A stretch of 64,000 bases of DNA from Candidatus Altimarinota bacterium (GCA_046314355.1 JBKBWQ010000001.1:512001-576000); one strand, 5' to 3'; positions 10,660-21,446 are shown, counted from the first letter of the stretch. A program made the numbers and translations. The notes: generated by a model from the sequence alone, not told the origin.

Positions 10660-11396
10660 ATTCTTTTTTGTAATAAAAAAGAAAGTCTCTTGGGAATATA
10701 GTAGAATATTATTTTGAGATTTCTGATTCCATCTCTCCACGTACGTAGATGCGGTGGTTTAGAACGTTTATCTCGAAAAAAATTCATAGGAAATTCATAG
10801 ATAGCTAAGTTTAGGAAACTCGCCTTAATGGTCATCTCACTAATATATTCCATGCCGCTAGAATGAAGATCGAGATCTTTATACACGGACTGCCGAAGTC
10901 CTCTCATTCCTGAGTTACAATCTGTAATACGCAGACCATAAATGCTGTTGATAAGAAAAGTAAGAATAGGTGTACCAATATATTTATGCAGAAACGGCAT
11001 CGCATTTTTTTCCATATTCCCTCGCATTCTTGAACCAATCACCATGTCATTGCCCTTTTTCAGCAGAGTAAAGAAATCAGGAATATAAGAAAAATCATAG
11101 GAGCCGTCAGCATCCCCAAAGATAATATATTTTCCCTGTGCTTCATGAATTCCTGCATTCAGTGCTTTTCCATATCCTCTCTGTAGAACATTTACCACTT
11201 TCACTTTATATTTTTCTGCTATTTCTATACTTCCATCAGTTGAACTGTTATCAGAGATGATCACCTCTGAGGCTACTCCCATTTTACTGAGCACAAGTAA
11301 CACCTTTTCAAGAACATTCCCTAATGTTTCCTCTTCATTGAGGCATGGGATTACTACTGAGATTTCTATATTTTCTTTACCGTTAGTATCCTGCAT
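10656..11396 (-). CDS. GT2, polyprenol-phosphate hexose synthase (DPM1-like)
   Basis: SVVIPCLNEE, DNSSTDGS, DADGSYD, GSR, DCNSGMRG. Confidence 0.9.
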   Translation of the reverse strand: MQDTNGKENIEISVVIPCLNEEETLGNVLEKVLLVLSKMGVASEVIISDNSSTDGSIEIAEKYKVKVVNVLQRGYGKALNAGIHEAQGKYIIFGDADGSYDFSYIPDFFTLLKKGNDMVIGSRMRGNMEKNAMPFLHKYIGTPILTFLINSIYGLRITDCNSGMRGLRQSVYKDLDLHSSGMEYISEMTIKASFLNLAIYEFPMNFFRDKRSKPPHLRTWRDGIRNLKIIFYYIPKRLSFLLQKRI

Positions 11397-11572
11397 ATAT
11401 AGCTATAAAAACAATCACTATGAGTATATAGAGTTAGTACCTTTACTCAAATAATTGCTTGAGATTACCTGTACAGCAGTCAATCTCCTAGTCTCGTAGT
11501 AAAAATTAAGTTTTCTTTTTGGAAAAACACTGAAATACATATAATAAACATACCTTATTCCTATCTTATCTT

Positions 11573-13357
11573 GTGGGATCCATACATATTCTTTCTAAAA
11601 CAGTACAGAATCATATCGCTGCTGGTGAAGTGATCGAACGTCCTTTATCTGTAGTAAAAGAACTTGTTGAAAATAGTATTGATGCTAAATCTACACATAT
11701 CACAGTGGAGCTTTTAAATGGAGGAAAAAATCTTATTCGGGTATCTGACAACGGAATCGGGATGGACAAGGAAGATGCAGAACTAAGCATAAAGCGTCAT
11801 GCGACTTCCAAGATATCAAGCTCTGAAGATCTTTTTGCCATAGGTACATACGGTTTTCGTGGAGAAGCCTTATCCTCTATCTCAAGTATTTCCTCATTTA
11901 CTCTTGAAACAAAACAGACAGAAACCCCTGAAGGTACGCAGATAAAATTTGCGGGTGATACTCACCTTTCTACTGTGTCTGTGGGAATAGCTGATGGTAC
12001 TTCTATTAGCGTTGAGGATCTTTTCTTTAATACCCCTGCTAGGAAAAAATATCTAAAAGGTGATGATACAGAATATCATCATATCTACCGTTATCTTGTA
12101 GAAGTTGCCCTCGTCTCTTATGATAAAAGTTTTACACTCATACATAATGGAAAACGTACATTAGACCTGCGCCAGTCAACTCATGAAGAACGAATCAGAC
12201 AAATATTGGGGGGAAATTTTCTTGAGGAATCTGTTCCAGTATTTTGTGACCGCACAGATATTACGATCCGCGGATTTATTTCAAAACCTGCATTTTGTAC
12301 AAATGTTCGAAAACACCAGTATTTGTTTGTAAACAAAAGACCTGTAAATGATAGCCTTATTTCAAAGGCAGTTATGGAAGGTTATCACAGAATAATAGCA
12401 CCAGGAACTTATCCTCAATACATCTTATTTCTAGAGCTCCCACCTCATTTACTGGATGTAAATGTGCATCCTCGAAAACTTGAAGTAAAGTTTGCCGAGC
12501 CCCAGACTGTATTTGGAAGTATCAAAGGTTCAGTAAAAGAGAGTCTGGAAAAGAATGTACTTCACCCGTTAGTGAACTTATCTCCTAATGAGAACATACA
12601 ACCTTTTAGCCCTCCACCTCTATCTCAGGAAAAAAAATATCATTCCTACTCTCCGCATAGTAATGCATCCTCACCTTATGCAGTACCGAAGTATCGTGTA
12701 CTACAGTCTCAGAAAAATATTTTTGCAAATATACCGCATATTGAGGAAACTTCTCCTGCCTACACCTCACAGTCTATAAAAACATTAGCACAGTTGAAGA
12801 ACTGCTATATTCTTGCAGAAAATTCAAGTGGATTGATCATGATTGATCAACATGCTGCTCATGAGCGAATATTATTTGAGAAATTAGTCGAGAATTATAA
12901 AAGGAAAACACCTGCTTCTCAGCAGCTGCTGCATGGTGAAGTAATTGAACTCTCTAAAACTGAACAAAGTTCCTATGAAGAATATAAGGAACAAATTGAA
13001 GAGCTTGGTTATGCTCTCGATCCTTTCGGAGAAAATACTTATGTCCTTCGTGCCATACCTGAGATCGTCAATACAAAGCATGCAGATAGTAAGGAACTTT
13101 TTCTATCACTGCTCCATGAGATTCATCAAACCTCATTGCCACTACTATCAAAAGAAATTACCTCCGTGGCAGAAAAACTATTGGCATTTACAGCCTGCAG
13201 AGCTGCTGTAAAATTTGGAGATCCACTATCCATACCTGAACAGGAGGCACTTATCAAAGATTTTTTTCAACTTGAGAGAAGACATACATGTCCTCATGGA
13301 AGAACAAGTGTAGTGGAAATTACTCTTCCTGAGCTCAAGAAATATTTTGATAGGTAA
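11573..13357 (+). CDS. mutL: DNA mismatch repair endonuclease MutL
   Basis: IAAGEVIERP, GFRGEAL, DVNVHP, DQHAAHER, ACR, CPHGR. Confidence 0.97.
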   Translation: MGSIHILSKTVQNHIAAGEVIERPLSVVKELVENSIDAKSTHITVELLNGGKNLIRVSDNGIGMDKEDAELSIKRHATSKISSSEDLFAIGTYGFRGEALSSISSISSFTLETKQTETPEGTQIKFAGDTHLSTVSVGIADGTSISVEDLFFNTPARKKYLKGDDTEYHHIYRYLVEVALVSYDKSFTLIHNGKRTLDLRQSTHEERIRQILGGNFLEESVPVFCDRTDITIRGFISKPAFCTNVRKHQYLFVNKRPVNDSLISKAVMEGYHRIIAPGTYPQYILFLELPPHLLDVNVHPRKLEVKFAEPQTVFGSIKGSVKESLEKNVLHPLVNLSPNENIQPFSPPPLSQEKKYHSYSPHSNASSPYAVPKYRVLQSQKNIFANIPHIEETSPAYTSQSIKTLAQLKNCYILAENSSGLIMIDQHAAHERILFEKLVENYKRKTPASQQLLHGEVIELSKTEQSSYEEYKEQIEELGYALDPFGENTYVLRAIPEIVNTKHADSKELFLSLLHEIHQTSLPLLSKEITSVAEKLLAFTACRAAVKFGDPLSIPEQEALIKDFFQLERRHTCPHGRTSVVEITLPELKKYFDR

Positions 13358-13451
13358 TATAAAGAGATTCCGGAGTAGTTTTGGCAACCCCATTGTCTTG
13401 ATGAGTGCAGGAAAACACATATAATTGAATACGCTGTAAGATCTTATTTTT

Positions 13452-14078
13452 ATGAATATATACGCTATGACGAGTGAAGCTGTCACAACTCCAGATAGTC
13501 TAGGAACACTGGAGAATATAATGAATTCTTCTCTCGTAACGTGGATCGCCATAGGTATCCTTTTATATCTATGCGTACTATGGATAGCAATTATCCTTTG
13601 GGTTACGAAAGATATTACCAACCGGACAAACAATGTAGCATTTCAGATTGTCTGTATTTCACTGGTAATATTCCTCACTCCAATTTTTGGACTTGTGATT
13701 TATTTGATCGTTAGACCAACAAAAACACTCATTGAAAAGTACTATGAGGAATTTGAACTTGATCTCATAAATACTGAGGAACAGCTCAAAGAAGTGGAGC
13801 ACTGTCCTTTCTGCAATGCAAAGACAAATGCTACATTTAATTACTGTACGCTTTGCGCAAAAGAGATTGTGAAAGACTGCAGCAACTGTAAGAAAGCAGT
13901 ACGTGTGAACTGGGTTGCATGCCCATACTGCGGACATGCTCAGGAAGAGGTCTTTGAAAAACCTGAAGATACTTCTTTGCTGGAGAAAAAACATGCAAAG
14001 AAAAAATCTTTGGAAAAGACTGTAAAAACAAAATCTCTTAAAGAAGATTCTGCAGAAACCCCGGCATCTGCATTGTAA
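13452..14078 (+). CDS. Membrane protein with double zinc ribbon
   Basis: Two TM helices, then four CxxC pairs (CPFC, CTLC, CSNC, CPYC). Confidence 0.8.
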   Translation: MNIYAMTSEAVTTPDSLGTLENIMNSSLVTWIAIGILLYLCVLWIAIILWVTKDITNRTNNVAFQIVCISLVIFLTPIFGLVIYLIVRPTKTLIEKYYEEFELDLINTEEQLKEVEHCPFCNAKTNATFNYCTLCAKEIVKDCSNCKKAVRVNWVACPYCGHAQEEVFEKPEDTSLLEKKHAKKKSLEKTVKTKSLKEDSAETPASAL

Positions 14079-14142
14079 TAATGCCATTTTATATTAGCTC
14101 TACTACTCTTCCTTATGTAGACGTTATTCTTAATACTCTTCT

Positions 14143-15762
14143 ATGGATACTCAAAAAATGTATGGAAAAATTGTAGGAATATCGCTCGCTCTAGGGCTTG
14201 CAGGTGGTCTCGTTGGCTCAGCCGTCATCAATAAAATTACCGATACTACCTCTCAGTCAGCCTCTGGCAGCAGTATAGTTACTCAGTCTGAAGTCATAAA
14301 AGAAAAAATATTTACCTCTGCAATTACAGATGTTGCAAAGGAGACAAGTCCTTCTGTAGTTAGTATTGTTGTAACTAAAGAACTAAGCAGATATAGAACA
14401 AACCCAAACGATTTCTTTTCAAATGACCCCTTCTTTAATCAGTTCTTTGGAAATGATGATATTTTTACCCCTAATCAGCCGCGCAGATCTCAGCCTCAGG
14501 TAGAGACAGAAAAGCAGCAGGTTGCAGGAGGTACAGGATTTGTAGTTACGCAGGACGGAAAGATTATTACAAATAAACATGTGGTAAGTATTCCTGGTGC
14601 GGAATATACAGTACTCTTTAATGATGGTACTGAATATCCAGCAACTATTCTCAGCCGTGACCCAAGTAATGATATTGCTATTCTGCAGCTGCAGGCTAAG
14701 GATGGGCAGAAGCCTACAAATCTAAAACCTTTGAAGCTCGCAGATCAGCAGGAGGTGCAAGTAGGACAGATAGTGGTAGCTATTGGAAATGCTCTGGGAG
14801 AATTTGAAAACTCTGTCACTATGGGAGTCATCAGTGCCAAAGGTAGAAAAATAATTGCAGATGATAATACACAGGACGGTGAATCTCTCTCAAATCTTAT
14901 ACAGACTGATGCCGCTATTAACCCTGGAAACAGTGGAGGTCCACTGCTCACTCTTGATGGTGAAGTCATAGGTCTCAATACGGCAATCGCTCAGGGAGCC
15001 ACAGGAATTGGATTTGCTATCCCTGTTAGTGAGGTAGCAGCGGTACTTAAAAGTGTGAATACATATGGTAAAATAGTTCGTCCATTTCTTGGAGTGATCT
15101 ATAAAGAAAATAGTCCTGAAATTGCGAAAATCTTTAATCTTTCTGTAAATTATGGCGCTATTATTCAAAGCGATAGTGGTACATCAAGCAATAAAAGTAT
15201 TGTGAAAGATGGACCAGCTGATAAAGCAGGTATTATACCTGGAGATATTATCTTGGAGATCAATGGACAGAAGCTTGATCAGAACCATGAATTAAAGGAT
15301 ATTATTACACAATTTGCCCCAGATCAGGATATCACTATCAAAATACTGAGAGGTGCTGCAGAGATGGATAAGAAAGTTACGCTAGGTAGACGTGAGGATA
15401 CTAGTACGGATCTCGGAGCCGCATCTCCAAATACTCAAAAGGAAGCTGCATATCTTGGTATCAATGGAAAAACTCTCACTAAAGAGCTAAAAGATACCTT
15501 TAGACTACAGGCAGATAACGGCGTCATACTTTATAATGATTTCGATACAAATACTCCTGCAATAGCTCAGGATTCACCATTAAAGAGTGCAGGTTTTATG
15601 CCTAATGATGTCATAACTGCAGTGGATGGAACAGCTCTGAAGACAGTAGAGGAACTCAATAGAATGATTGATGCAAAAAAAGCGGGAGACAAAGTGAAAA
15701 TTACTGTAAACAGAATAGGAACGAATATTGAGAAGGAAGTGACACTAGGGAAAGTGAATTAG
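14143..15762 (+). CDS. htrA: HtrA/DegP serine protease with two PDZ domains
   Basis: TNKHVV, DIA, QTDAAINPGNSGGPL; two PDZ domains. Confidence 0.93.
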   Translation: MDTQKMYGKIVGISLALGLAGGLVGSAVINKITDTTSQSASGSSIVTQSEVIKEKIFTSAITDVAKETSPSVVSIVVTKELSRYRTNPNDFFSNDPFFNQFFGNDDIFTPNQPRRSQPQVETEKQQVAGGTGFVVTQDGKIITNKHVVSIPGAEYTVLFNDGTEYPATILSRDPSNDIAILQLQAKDGQKPTNLKPLKLADQQEVQVGQIVVAIGNALGEFENSVTMGVISAKGRKIIADDNTQDGESLSNLIQTDAAINPGNSGGPLLTLDGEVIGLNTAIAQGATGIGFAIPVSEVAAVLKSVNTYGKIVRPFLGVIYKENSPEIAKIFNLSVNYGAIIQSDSGTSSNKSIVKDGPADKAGIIPGDIILEINGQKLDQNHELKDIITQFAPDQDITIKILRGAAEMDKKVTLGRREDTSTDLGAASPNTQKEAAYLGINGKTLTKELKDTFRLQADNGVILYNDFDTNTPAIAQDSPLKSAGFMPNDVITAVDGTALKTVEELNRMIDAKKAGDKVKITVNRIGTNIEKEVTLGKVN

Positions 15763-15772
15763 AAAGAGTAAT

Positions 15773-15812
15773 AAAAAAAAGAGCAGGAGAGATACTTCCC
15801 TGCTCTTTTTTT
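15773..15812. terminator. Bidirectional intrinsic terminator
   Basis: A8-GAGCAGG...CCTGCTC-T7. Confidence 0.8.
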
Positions 15813-15820
15813 GTGCGGTA

Positions 15821-15850
15821 GGGCTCAGAGTGTGAGTGATAGTGGGAGTA
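15821..15850. repeat. 30-bp dispersed repeat, copy 1
   Basis: GGGCTCAGAGTGTGAGTGATAGTGGGAGTA; 28/30 identical to 28940-28969. Confidence 0.8.
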
Positions 15851-15954
15851 GTTAGTACTTAGGGATAAATTTTTTTTACATCTCAATACAAAAAAATAGC
15901 CTTCTAAATACGAAGTACTCAAGACTAATTACTCAAATTTTTGAAAAAAATTTA

Positions 15955-16041
15955 TGGTGCTCAGGAGAAGATTCGAACTTCCATACCCGTGAAGGTGCTA
16001 CCACCTCAAGGTAGTGCGTCTACCAATTTCGCCACCTGAGC
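15955..16041 (-). tRNA. tRNA-Leu(GAG)
   Basis: GCTCAGGTGGCGAAATTGGTAGACGC...CTACC-TTGAGGT-GGTAG, long variable arm, TTCGAAT, encoded CCA. Confidence 0.95.
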
Positions 16042-16198
16042 AGACTATTAACGATCAAACTTGCTCCTCTATTCTATGTAAAAAGTAAAAGAGTGCAAGA
16101 AAAAAGATAAGAAAACATCTAAACAGTTTTTTTACCATTTTTCTTTACTTCTATTTTTTATGGTGTAGATATATTAAAATTTATATTCAAGAGATATT

Positions 16199-16879
16199 AT
16201 GGCAAAAGACAGACATGAGAACAATAACTATTATATGGAAGATATGTTTAGAAGTTCGCCAAAAGCAACTGTAAGCTTTATTGAAGATGCGGCAACACGG
16301 TTTTTTAAGAAGCATAAATGGAACAGCTTCAAAGGAAAAACATCAGATTTGAATAAAACCTCATATGTCTTAAATCTTGATACCTACTTTGGCTGGGGTG
16401 TAAATCTTATAAAAGAAGAAGATACTGTAAATGCAACTGTCTCTCTTACTCTTATTGGCAATGCATCTTCTTCCATCCCCTTACCTGCACAAATTCCACT
16501 GAAAAACATCCCAAGAGCTAATGCTGACCAGAGTACTAAACTCTATATTAATTTTCTCAATGAACAGTTTGAAAGTTTGAAAAAACAGCAAAATACCTAT
16601 CAGCAAAAAGTCCATCATATTGTGGATAATGAGGGAGATAAAATTGTTAGTGATTTTTCAGATATTTATGAATTAAGTCAGGAGGGCTTTTACTACTTCA
16701 TCAGACATGTAGAGAAGGTTTCAAATCATTCTATTTTATCTACGACAGAAAGTTCTGCTCGTATAAGTATAGATTTGGTTGCAGAAATTGCAAAAATTTG
16801 TACTGAGATCGGAATGAGTAAGGATACTTTTGAGAAAACAATTGACGGCATCCATGAAATTTATAGATCAAAAAGATAG
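16199..16879 (+). CDS. Hypothetical protein
   Basis: 226-aa ORF, no recognisable motif. Confidence 0.65.
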   Translation: MAKDRHENNNYYMEDMFRSSPKATVSFIEDAATRFFKKHKWNSFKGKTSDLNKTSYVLNLDTYFGWGVNLIKEEDTVNATVSLTLIGNASSSIPLPAQIPLKNIPRANADQSTKLYINFLNEQFESLKKQQNTYQQKVHHIVDNEGDKIVSDFSDIYELSQEGFYYFIRHVEKVSNHSILSTTESSARISIDLVAEIAKICTEIGMSKDTFEKTIDGIHEIYRSKR

Positions 16880-16959
16880 TATGGTTGCACAGAGCCTGTG
16901 CTGATTTGAAAAAATACTCTCATTAAGGTATAATAGAAGGAATATCTCCAATTCTTATT

Positions 16960-19900
16960 ATGCATATTAAAAAACCTTTCCTTCTACTGATAGCTGCAGT
17001 GATTATTGCAGCTACTGTTATTATTAGCATGTTCATGAGCGGCGCACTCTTTCAAAGCTCGCTACTAGTAGATGAACCTGCACCTTCAATAGGAACCTAT
17101 GAGGCTTTTCAAAGATATAACACAACAGCATACAAAGATCATTGGACAGAAACCTTTAGCGGGGCTGTCATCAGAAGCTATTCTGGAGCAACATTGAAAA
17201 CTCTTCCTATGAGTGAGCTTGCATGGGGATACAGTTTAAAACTGCCAGGATATATGGAAATGTTTAAGACATACAAGAATACCGCTTACTTAGATCAGCT
17301 TATCGGTGTTTTTGAGGAGTTTTTACAAAATGAAAATTTTAATGATAAAGACAATGATGGAAGACGTGATTGGATGACTACACTCCCTGATGATTACGCA
17401 TATGAGAAACTTTCAAATAATACCTTCTGGGATTATGACACTCCTCAAAATAAAACAGTCCTGTATGATTTCGAAGATACACTCAAAAGTGCAGGACAAG
17501 AGACAGTAAGTATGGACTACAAAAGTAATGCTGCTAATAAAGCTGTGAAAGTCACAAAATCAACTCCAAAGAGAATTGCTCTTACAAATATAGTGCCGGG
17601 AGCTTACCATGTTATTTCTTTTATAGGTAAAAGTAATGGAAAACCTGATCTTGAAGGTTTTGCTACAGTAGTTTCAAACCCTTCAAAAGATGGGGAAACG
17701 TTTACAAAAATTACCTCCCATTGGCCGCCTGTAAGATCACCTGAATGGGAAACTCGTTATATTGCATTTAAAGCACCAGGTACTACTGCTGAACCTATTC
17801 CCCTATTTCTTGAACTGAGCATCTCCGAAAAAGGTACTGAGGATGCAGAGAGTTATTTTGATAACATAAAAGTAGGTAGTGTTGCGAATTATCCAGCAGC
17901 ACTATCGCAATCAGATAGAGCAATTCCAATTTTTTGGGAAATTTTCACAGGTGAAGGAAGTACCAGCAGTAGTGTATCCGTAAAGAGAAACTATGCAAAT
18001 ACTGGGGCTCAGAATCCTCTCTATGGCTCAGGAGTTATTCTAAAAAATAATGGCTCCGGACTTGTAGGTCTTCGGCAAGAACTCATGTACTACAGCCCAA
18101 AAAAAACATATGAGCTCGCATATCTTGCGCAGACTTCTTCCGCAGATGATATTGGAGTAGTAAGAGTCAAAGATGCTACTACCAATATGATACTTGCTGA
18201 GAGTGAATTCCAGAATACTATCCCGGATATTAAAAGTGAATATGATCCTAAAGCAAATATCGATGGATCCTGCACGGGCAAATTTATAAGCTACAAAAAC
18301 TTCAAGAAAATGACTATGACTATGTCCGAAGAAGACAGTCATAGAATAGTCGTAGAAATTGTAAATAAAGATCCATCCAAAAGCAGTACCATAGGTATCA
18401 ACTGTATCAGTATGAGACAAGTAGCGCCTTATGCAGAACATGCAGGACAGATCATGATGCCGATTGCTGAATTTATTTTAGAAGTAAAACAAAACCCTTC
18501 CCTTTCAAAGTATAAAGATGTCGCAAAAAAGTATGAAGATATTATCTTAAAAGAAATCTTACCTACCTATGAAGCTCATATCAGAGCCATACCTGGTACA
18601 GATAAACTTGTGGAATACTACCATTCAAAGGACTTTCAGGGAGTGGACTACTATGCAGATGAGGTAAGTACATCTCATAATAAATTTATGCCGATGATGC
18701 GGACATTTTTAACAATGTCAAAGGTCACTGGAAATGTAAAATATAAAGACCTTGCAATAGGTTTAAGTAAAACATTTAAGAGCGTATTAAAACTAAAGGA
18801 GAAAAATACAAAGGAATATTATATATGGAATCTCATGGATAATATCCAGCCACACGATAATCACTACAGCAATGTGGTAGAAGACTTTAGCCATGCTAAT
18901 TTAACACTAGGAGGAGTATTTGAGATGTTTGAGCATGGACTGGTCTATACAAAGAAAGATATGCAAAGATTTATCAATACATTCTTTGAAGCCACATACA
19001 ATCCAGCAATTACAGTACCATGTGTCTCCGGCGGCAAACAACTTACAAAAAGAGCTATCACACATTATGTGGACGGCTTGGCACATAATAACAATGAGAC
19101 ACCCTATGACTTAAGTTGTAGTGCTCCAATCTGGCAATGGATAAGAATAGCTGCGTATGATGTAAGAATGTGGGATGTATTTAAAGGAGCTTATACAAAA
19201 TCAACAACAGCTAAAGATCTCCAAACACTGGGATATATGGCAGAGTGGGATAACGCAAAGATCAGAAACAACAGCTTCAGCTATGAGGATGTTTATTCTG
19301 ATGGAGCTTCGCATTGGGCTCAGACAGGATCAGGAGGCACAATACTTCGAACAACGAACGCTCAAGAAATAGTTTCTCTTCCAGCAGCTCTTATGGTATC
19401 AAAAAATGCCCTCAACCAAAATATTGGAGTGACACAAACTATACTGGCAACAACACCATCACAAGCACAATATCATCTTTATTTTCATTCTAAAAACACT
19501 TCGGGTATAAAAGGAAGAGTAACAGTTACTACACAGACAGGAGCTCTTTTATTAGAAAAAGAGATTAATACTGTGACATGGACTCCTCAGGGTTATGCGA
19601 TAGCTGTACCAAGCAAAGCGACTTCATTGAAAGTTACATTTGAAATACAATCTAGTCTTCAGGAAGGTACAATGCTCTTAGATGATATATATCTTTTCCC
19701 TAAAGAAGGACCCGTTGCTATTACATATGTTCCCTACGTAGAAAATAGTAATCAGAATATTTCAAATACCAACACAACGCCAGTTGTGAATGTAAATAGT
19801 AACACTATCTCAGTTGAGAACGCTAATAAGAATTTAAATGAAAATACTGTCGTAATTACAAATACAAATACTTCTAATCAAAAAGTGATTTCAGGATATA

Positions 19901-20559
19901 CGGGAGGCAGCTCAAGCAGTGGAGGTACTTACATCCCTGCACCTGCAGCTATTGAGAATCCTTCTCAGAATATGACAAGCAAACCATCTGCACCTATCTT
20001 CACTGATATTGGTCAGCATTTCTCAAAGGATGCAGTTAATTACCTCTCAGCAAAAGGTATAATCAAAGGCCGTACATCTACACTCTTTGTACCAAACGGG
20101 CAGCTCAATAGATCTGAGGCTGCAGCTCTTATTGTAAGAGCATTAGAAAAAGAGGAAGAAAGTACAGAGTTTCTTAAAAGTTTTATAAATAAAAATCCTA
20201 GTTTTTCATACATACGGTTTATGGATGTACCTACTAACTCATGGTTTGCTCCTGCAGTAGGTTATCTGTCAGACATTGGCATTATTAAAGGCCGTTCTGC
20301 AACAGAGTATGCATCATCAGAGTCCATTACAAGAGCTGAGTTTATCAAACTTCTTCTCACCTTTGAAATACCTCTTCAAAGTGCAGAATTCGGCGACGCA
20401 CCTTTTACTGATATAAAGAGTACAGATTGGTATTTCTCATATATAAATGATGCTTATCGAAAAGGAGTTATAATGAAATCACAAACCTTCAGACCAAATG
20501 CACCAATTACTCGAGGAGAGGCGGCATCTGCTCTAGAAAGAGTATTAAAAAATATGTAG
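16960..20559 (+). CDS. Large surface protein: putative alpha-helical catalytic domain, CBM-like modules, Asn-rich linker, 3 SLH domains
   Basis: N-terminal TM/signal; FTDI.QHF..DAV.YL..KGIIKG...F.PN...NRSEAA and two more SLH repeats; promoter TTGAAA-17-TATAAT upstream. Confidence 0.85.
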   Translation: MHIKKPFLLLIAAVIIAATVIISMFMSGALFQSSLLVDEPAPSIGTYEAFQRYNTTAYKDHWTETFSGAVIRSYSGATLKTLPMSELAWGYSLKLPGYMEMFKTYKNTAYLDQLIGVFEEFLQNENFNDKDNDGRRDWMTTLPDDYAYEKLSNNTFWDYDTPQNKTVLYDFEDTLKSAGQETVSMDYKSNAANKAVKVTKSTPKRIALTNIVPGAYHVISFIGKSNGKPDLEGFATVVSNPSKDGETFTKITSHWPPVRSPEWETRYIAFKAPGTTAEPIPLFLELSISEKGTEDAESYFDNIKVGSVANYPAALSQSDRAIPIFWEIFTGEGSTSSSVSVKRNYANTGAQNPLYGSGVILKNNGSGLVGLRQELMYYSPKKTYELAYLAQTSSADDIGVVRVKDATTNMILAESEFQNTIPDIKSEYDPKANIDGSCTGKFISYKNFKKMTMTMSEEDSHRIVVEIVNKDPSKSSTIGINCISMRQVAPYAEHAGQIMMPIAEFILEVKQNPSLSKYKDVAKKYEDIILKEILPTYEAHIRAIPGTDKLVEYYHSKDFQGVDYYADEVSTSHNKFMPMMRTFLTMSKVTGNVKYKDLAIGLSKTFKSVLKLKEKNTKEYYIWNLMDNIQPHDNHYSNVVEDFSHANLTLGGVFEMFEHGLVYTKKDMQRFINTFFEATYNPAITVPCVSGGKQLTKRAITHYVDGLAHNNNETPYDLSCSAPIWQWIRIAAYDVRMWDVFKGAYTKSTTAKDLQTLGYMAEWDNAKIRNNSFSYEDVYSDGASHWAQTGSGGTILRTTNAQEIVSLPAALMVSKNALNQNIGVTQTILATTPSQAQYHLYFHSKNTSGIKGRVTVTTQTGALLLEKEINTVTWTPQGYAIAVPSKATSLKVTFEIQSSLQEGTMLLDDIYLFPKEGPVAITYVPYVENSNQNISNTNTTPVVNVNSNTISVENANKNLNENTVVITNTNTSNQKVISGYTGGSSSSGGTYIPAPAAIENPSQNMTSKPSAPIFTDIGQHFSKDAVNYLSAKGIIKGRTSTLFVPNGQLNRSEAAALIVRALEKEEESTEFLKSFINKNPSFSYIRFMDVPTNSWFAPAVGYLSDIGIIKGRSATEYASSESITRAEFIKLLLTFEIPLQSAEFGDAPFTDIKSTDWYFSYINDAYRKGVIMKSQTFRPNAPITRGEAASALERVLKNM

Positions 20560-20581
20560 GTCACTTGTACAAAATATTATC

Positions 20582-20610
20582 TTGAAAAACGTCGAGTGAG
20601 CCTCTATACT
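20582..20610 (+). promoter_or_regulatory. sigma70 promoter of tRNA-Val
   Basis: TTGAAA-17-TATACT just upstream of the tRNA. Confidence 0.7.
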
Positions 20611-20622
20611 CTCACAGTCTTA

Positions 20623-20699
20623 GGGCAATTAGCTCAGTTGGCTAGAGCGCTTCCTTGACGTGGAAGAGGCCAGAGGTTCGAATCCTCTATTGCCCACCA
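20623..20699 (+). tRNA. tRNA-Val(GAC)
   Basis: GGGCAATTAGCTCAGTTGGCTAGAGCG-CTTCC-TTGACGT-GGAAG...GTTCGAATCC...CCA. Confidence 0.96.
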
Positions 20700-20866
20700 T
20701 TCTTTTTTCTACGAGTTTCGAATGATACAGCTACTCAGGATATTCATAATCTGAAGTGCGGAGCACTACGATATATGTGATTGCCAATAATTCAAATGAA
20801 GTAATTATTCACTTGCGAAATATTTCTGTTGGAGTACTTTTATTAGTTATAATTTTACTAGTGGAT

Positions 20867-21295
20867 ATGAAACAAGGTACTCTTAATGCTGCTCCAAAAA
20901 CTTTTGCTCAGACTTACTTTCACGGAACAAAGGCAGATCTAAAGTGTGGAGATCTTATTGATGTAGGCTTTAACTCAAACTTTGATCAGGGGAAAAATGC
21001 AAAATACATTTTTTTGTCAGCAACACTGGATGCCGCTATATGGGGTGCTGAGCTTGCACTTGGGACAGGACCTGAAAAAATATATCTGGTAGAACCGACA
21101 GGATCAATCGAAGATGATCCTGATTTAACAGATAGGAAGTTCCCTGGTAATCCTACAAAATCATATCGTTCAACTGATCCGTTTAAGATTGTCGGTGAAG
21201 TCACTAAATGGCAGGGACATACATCTGAACAGGTACAGGCAATGAAAGATGGATTAAAAAAACTAAAAGCCCAAGGGGTGCAATCGCTTAATTAA
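20867..21295 (+). CDS. arr: NAD(+)-rifampin ADP-ribosyltransferase family protein
   Basis: YFHGTKADL, TLDAAIWGAELA, VEPTGSIEDDP, FPGNPTKSYRS, WQGH; start moved to ATG 20867. Confidence 0.92.
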   Translation: MKQGTLNAAPKTFAQTYFHGTKADLKCGDLIDVGFNSNFDQGKNAKYIFLSATLDAAIWGAELALGTGPEKIYLVEPTGSIEDDPDLTDRKFPGNPTKSYRSTDPFKIVGEVTKWQGHTSEQVQAMKDGLKKLKAQGVQSLN

Positions 21296-21342
21296 ATATA
21301 TATACAGTATGTCCTGGTAACTATTTCAGTGAATCTAAAAAT

Positions 21343-21378
21343 ATGATAACCTGTGAGTCATGACTCACAGGTTATCAT
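21343..21378. repeat. 36-bp perfect palindrome
   Basis: ATGATAACCTGTGAGTCA|TGACTCACAGGTTATCAT. Confidence 0.9.
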
Positions 21379-21446
21379 TCGCTAACGCTCAGGTACATGG
21401 TACGCCAGGGCTACAAATTAATTTGTAGTTATTTTTAATATATTAT

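Noticed and set aside
21296-21446. Integron attC site after arr
   Set aside because: No convincing RYYYAAC...GTTRRRY pair with L boxes and extrahelical bases; no intI.
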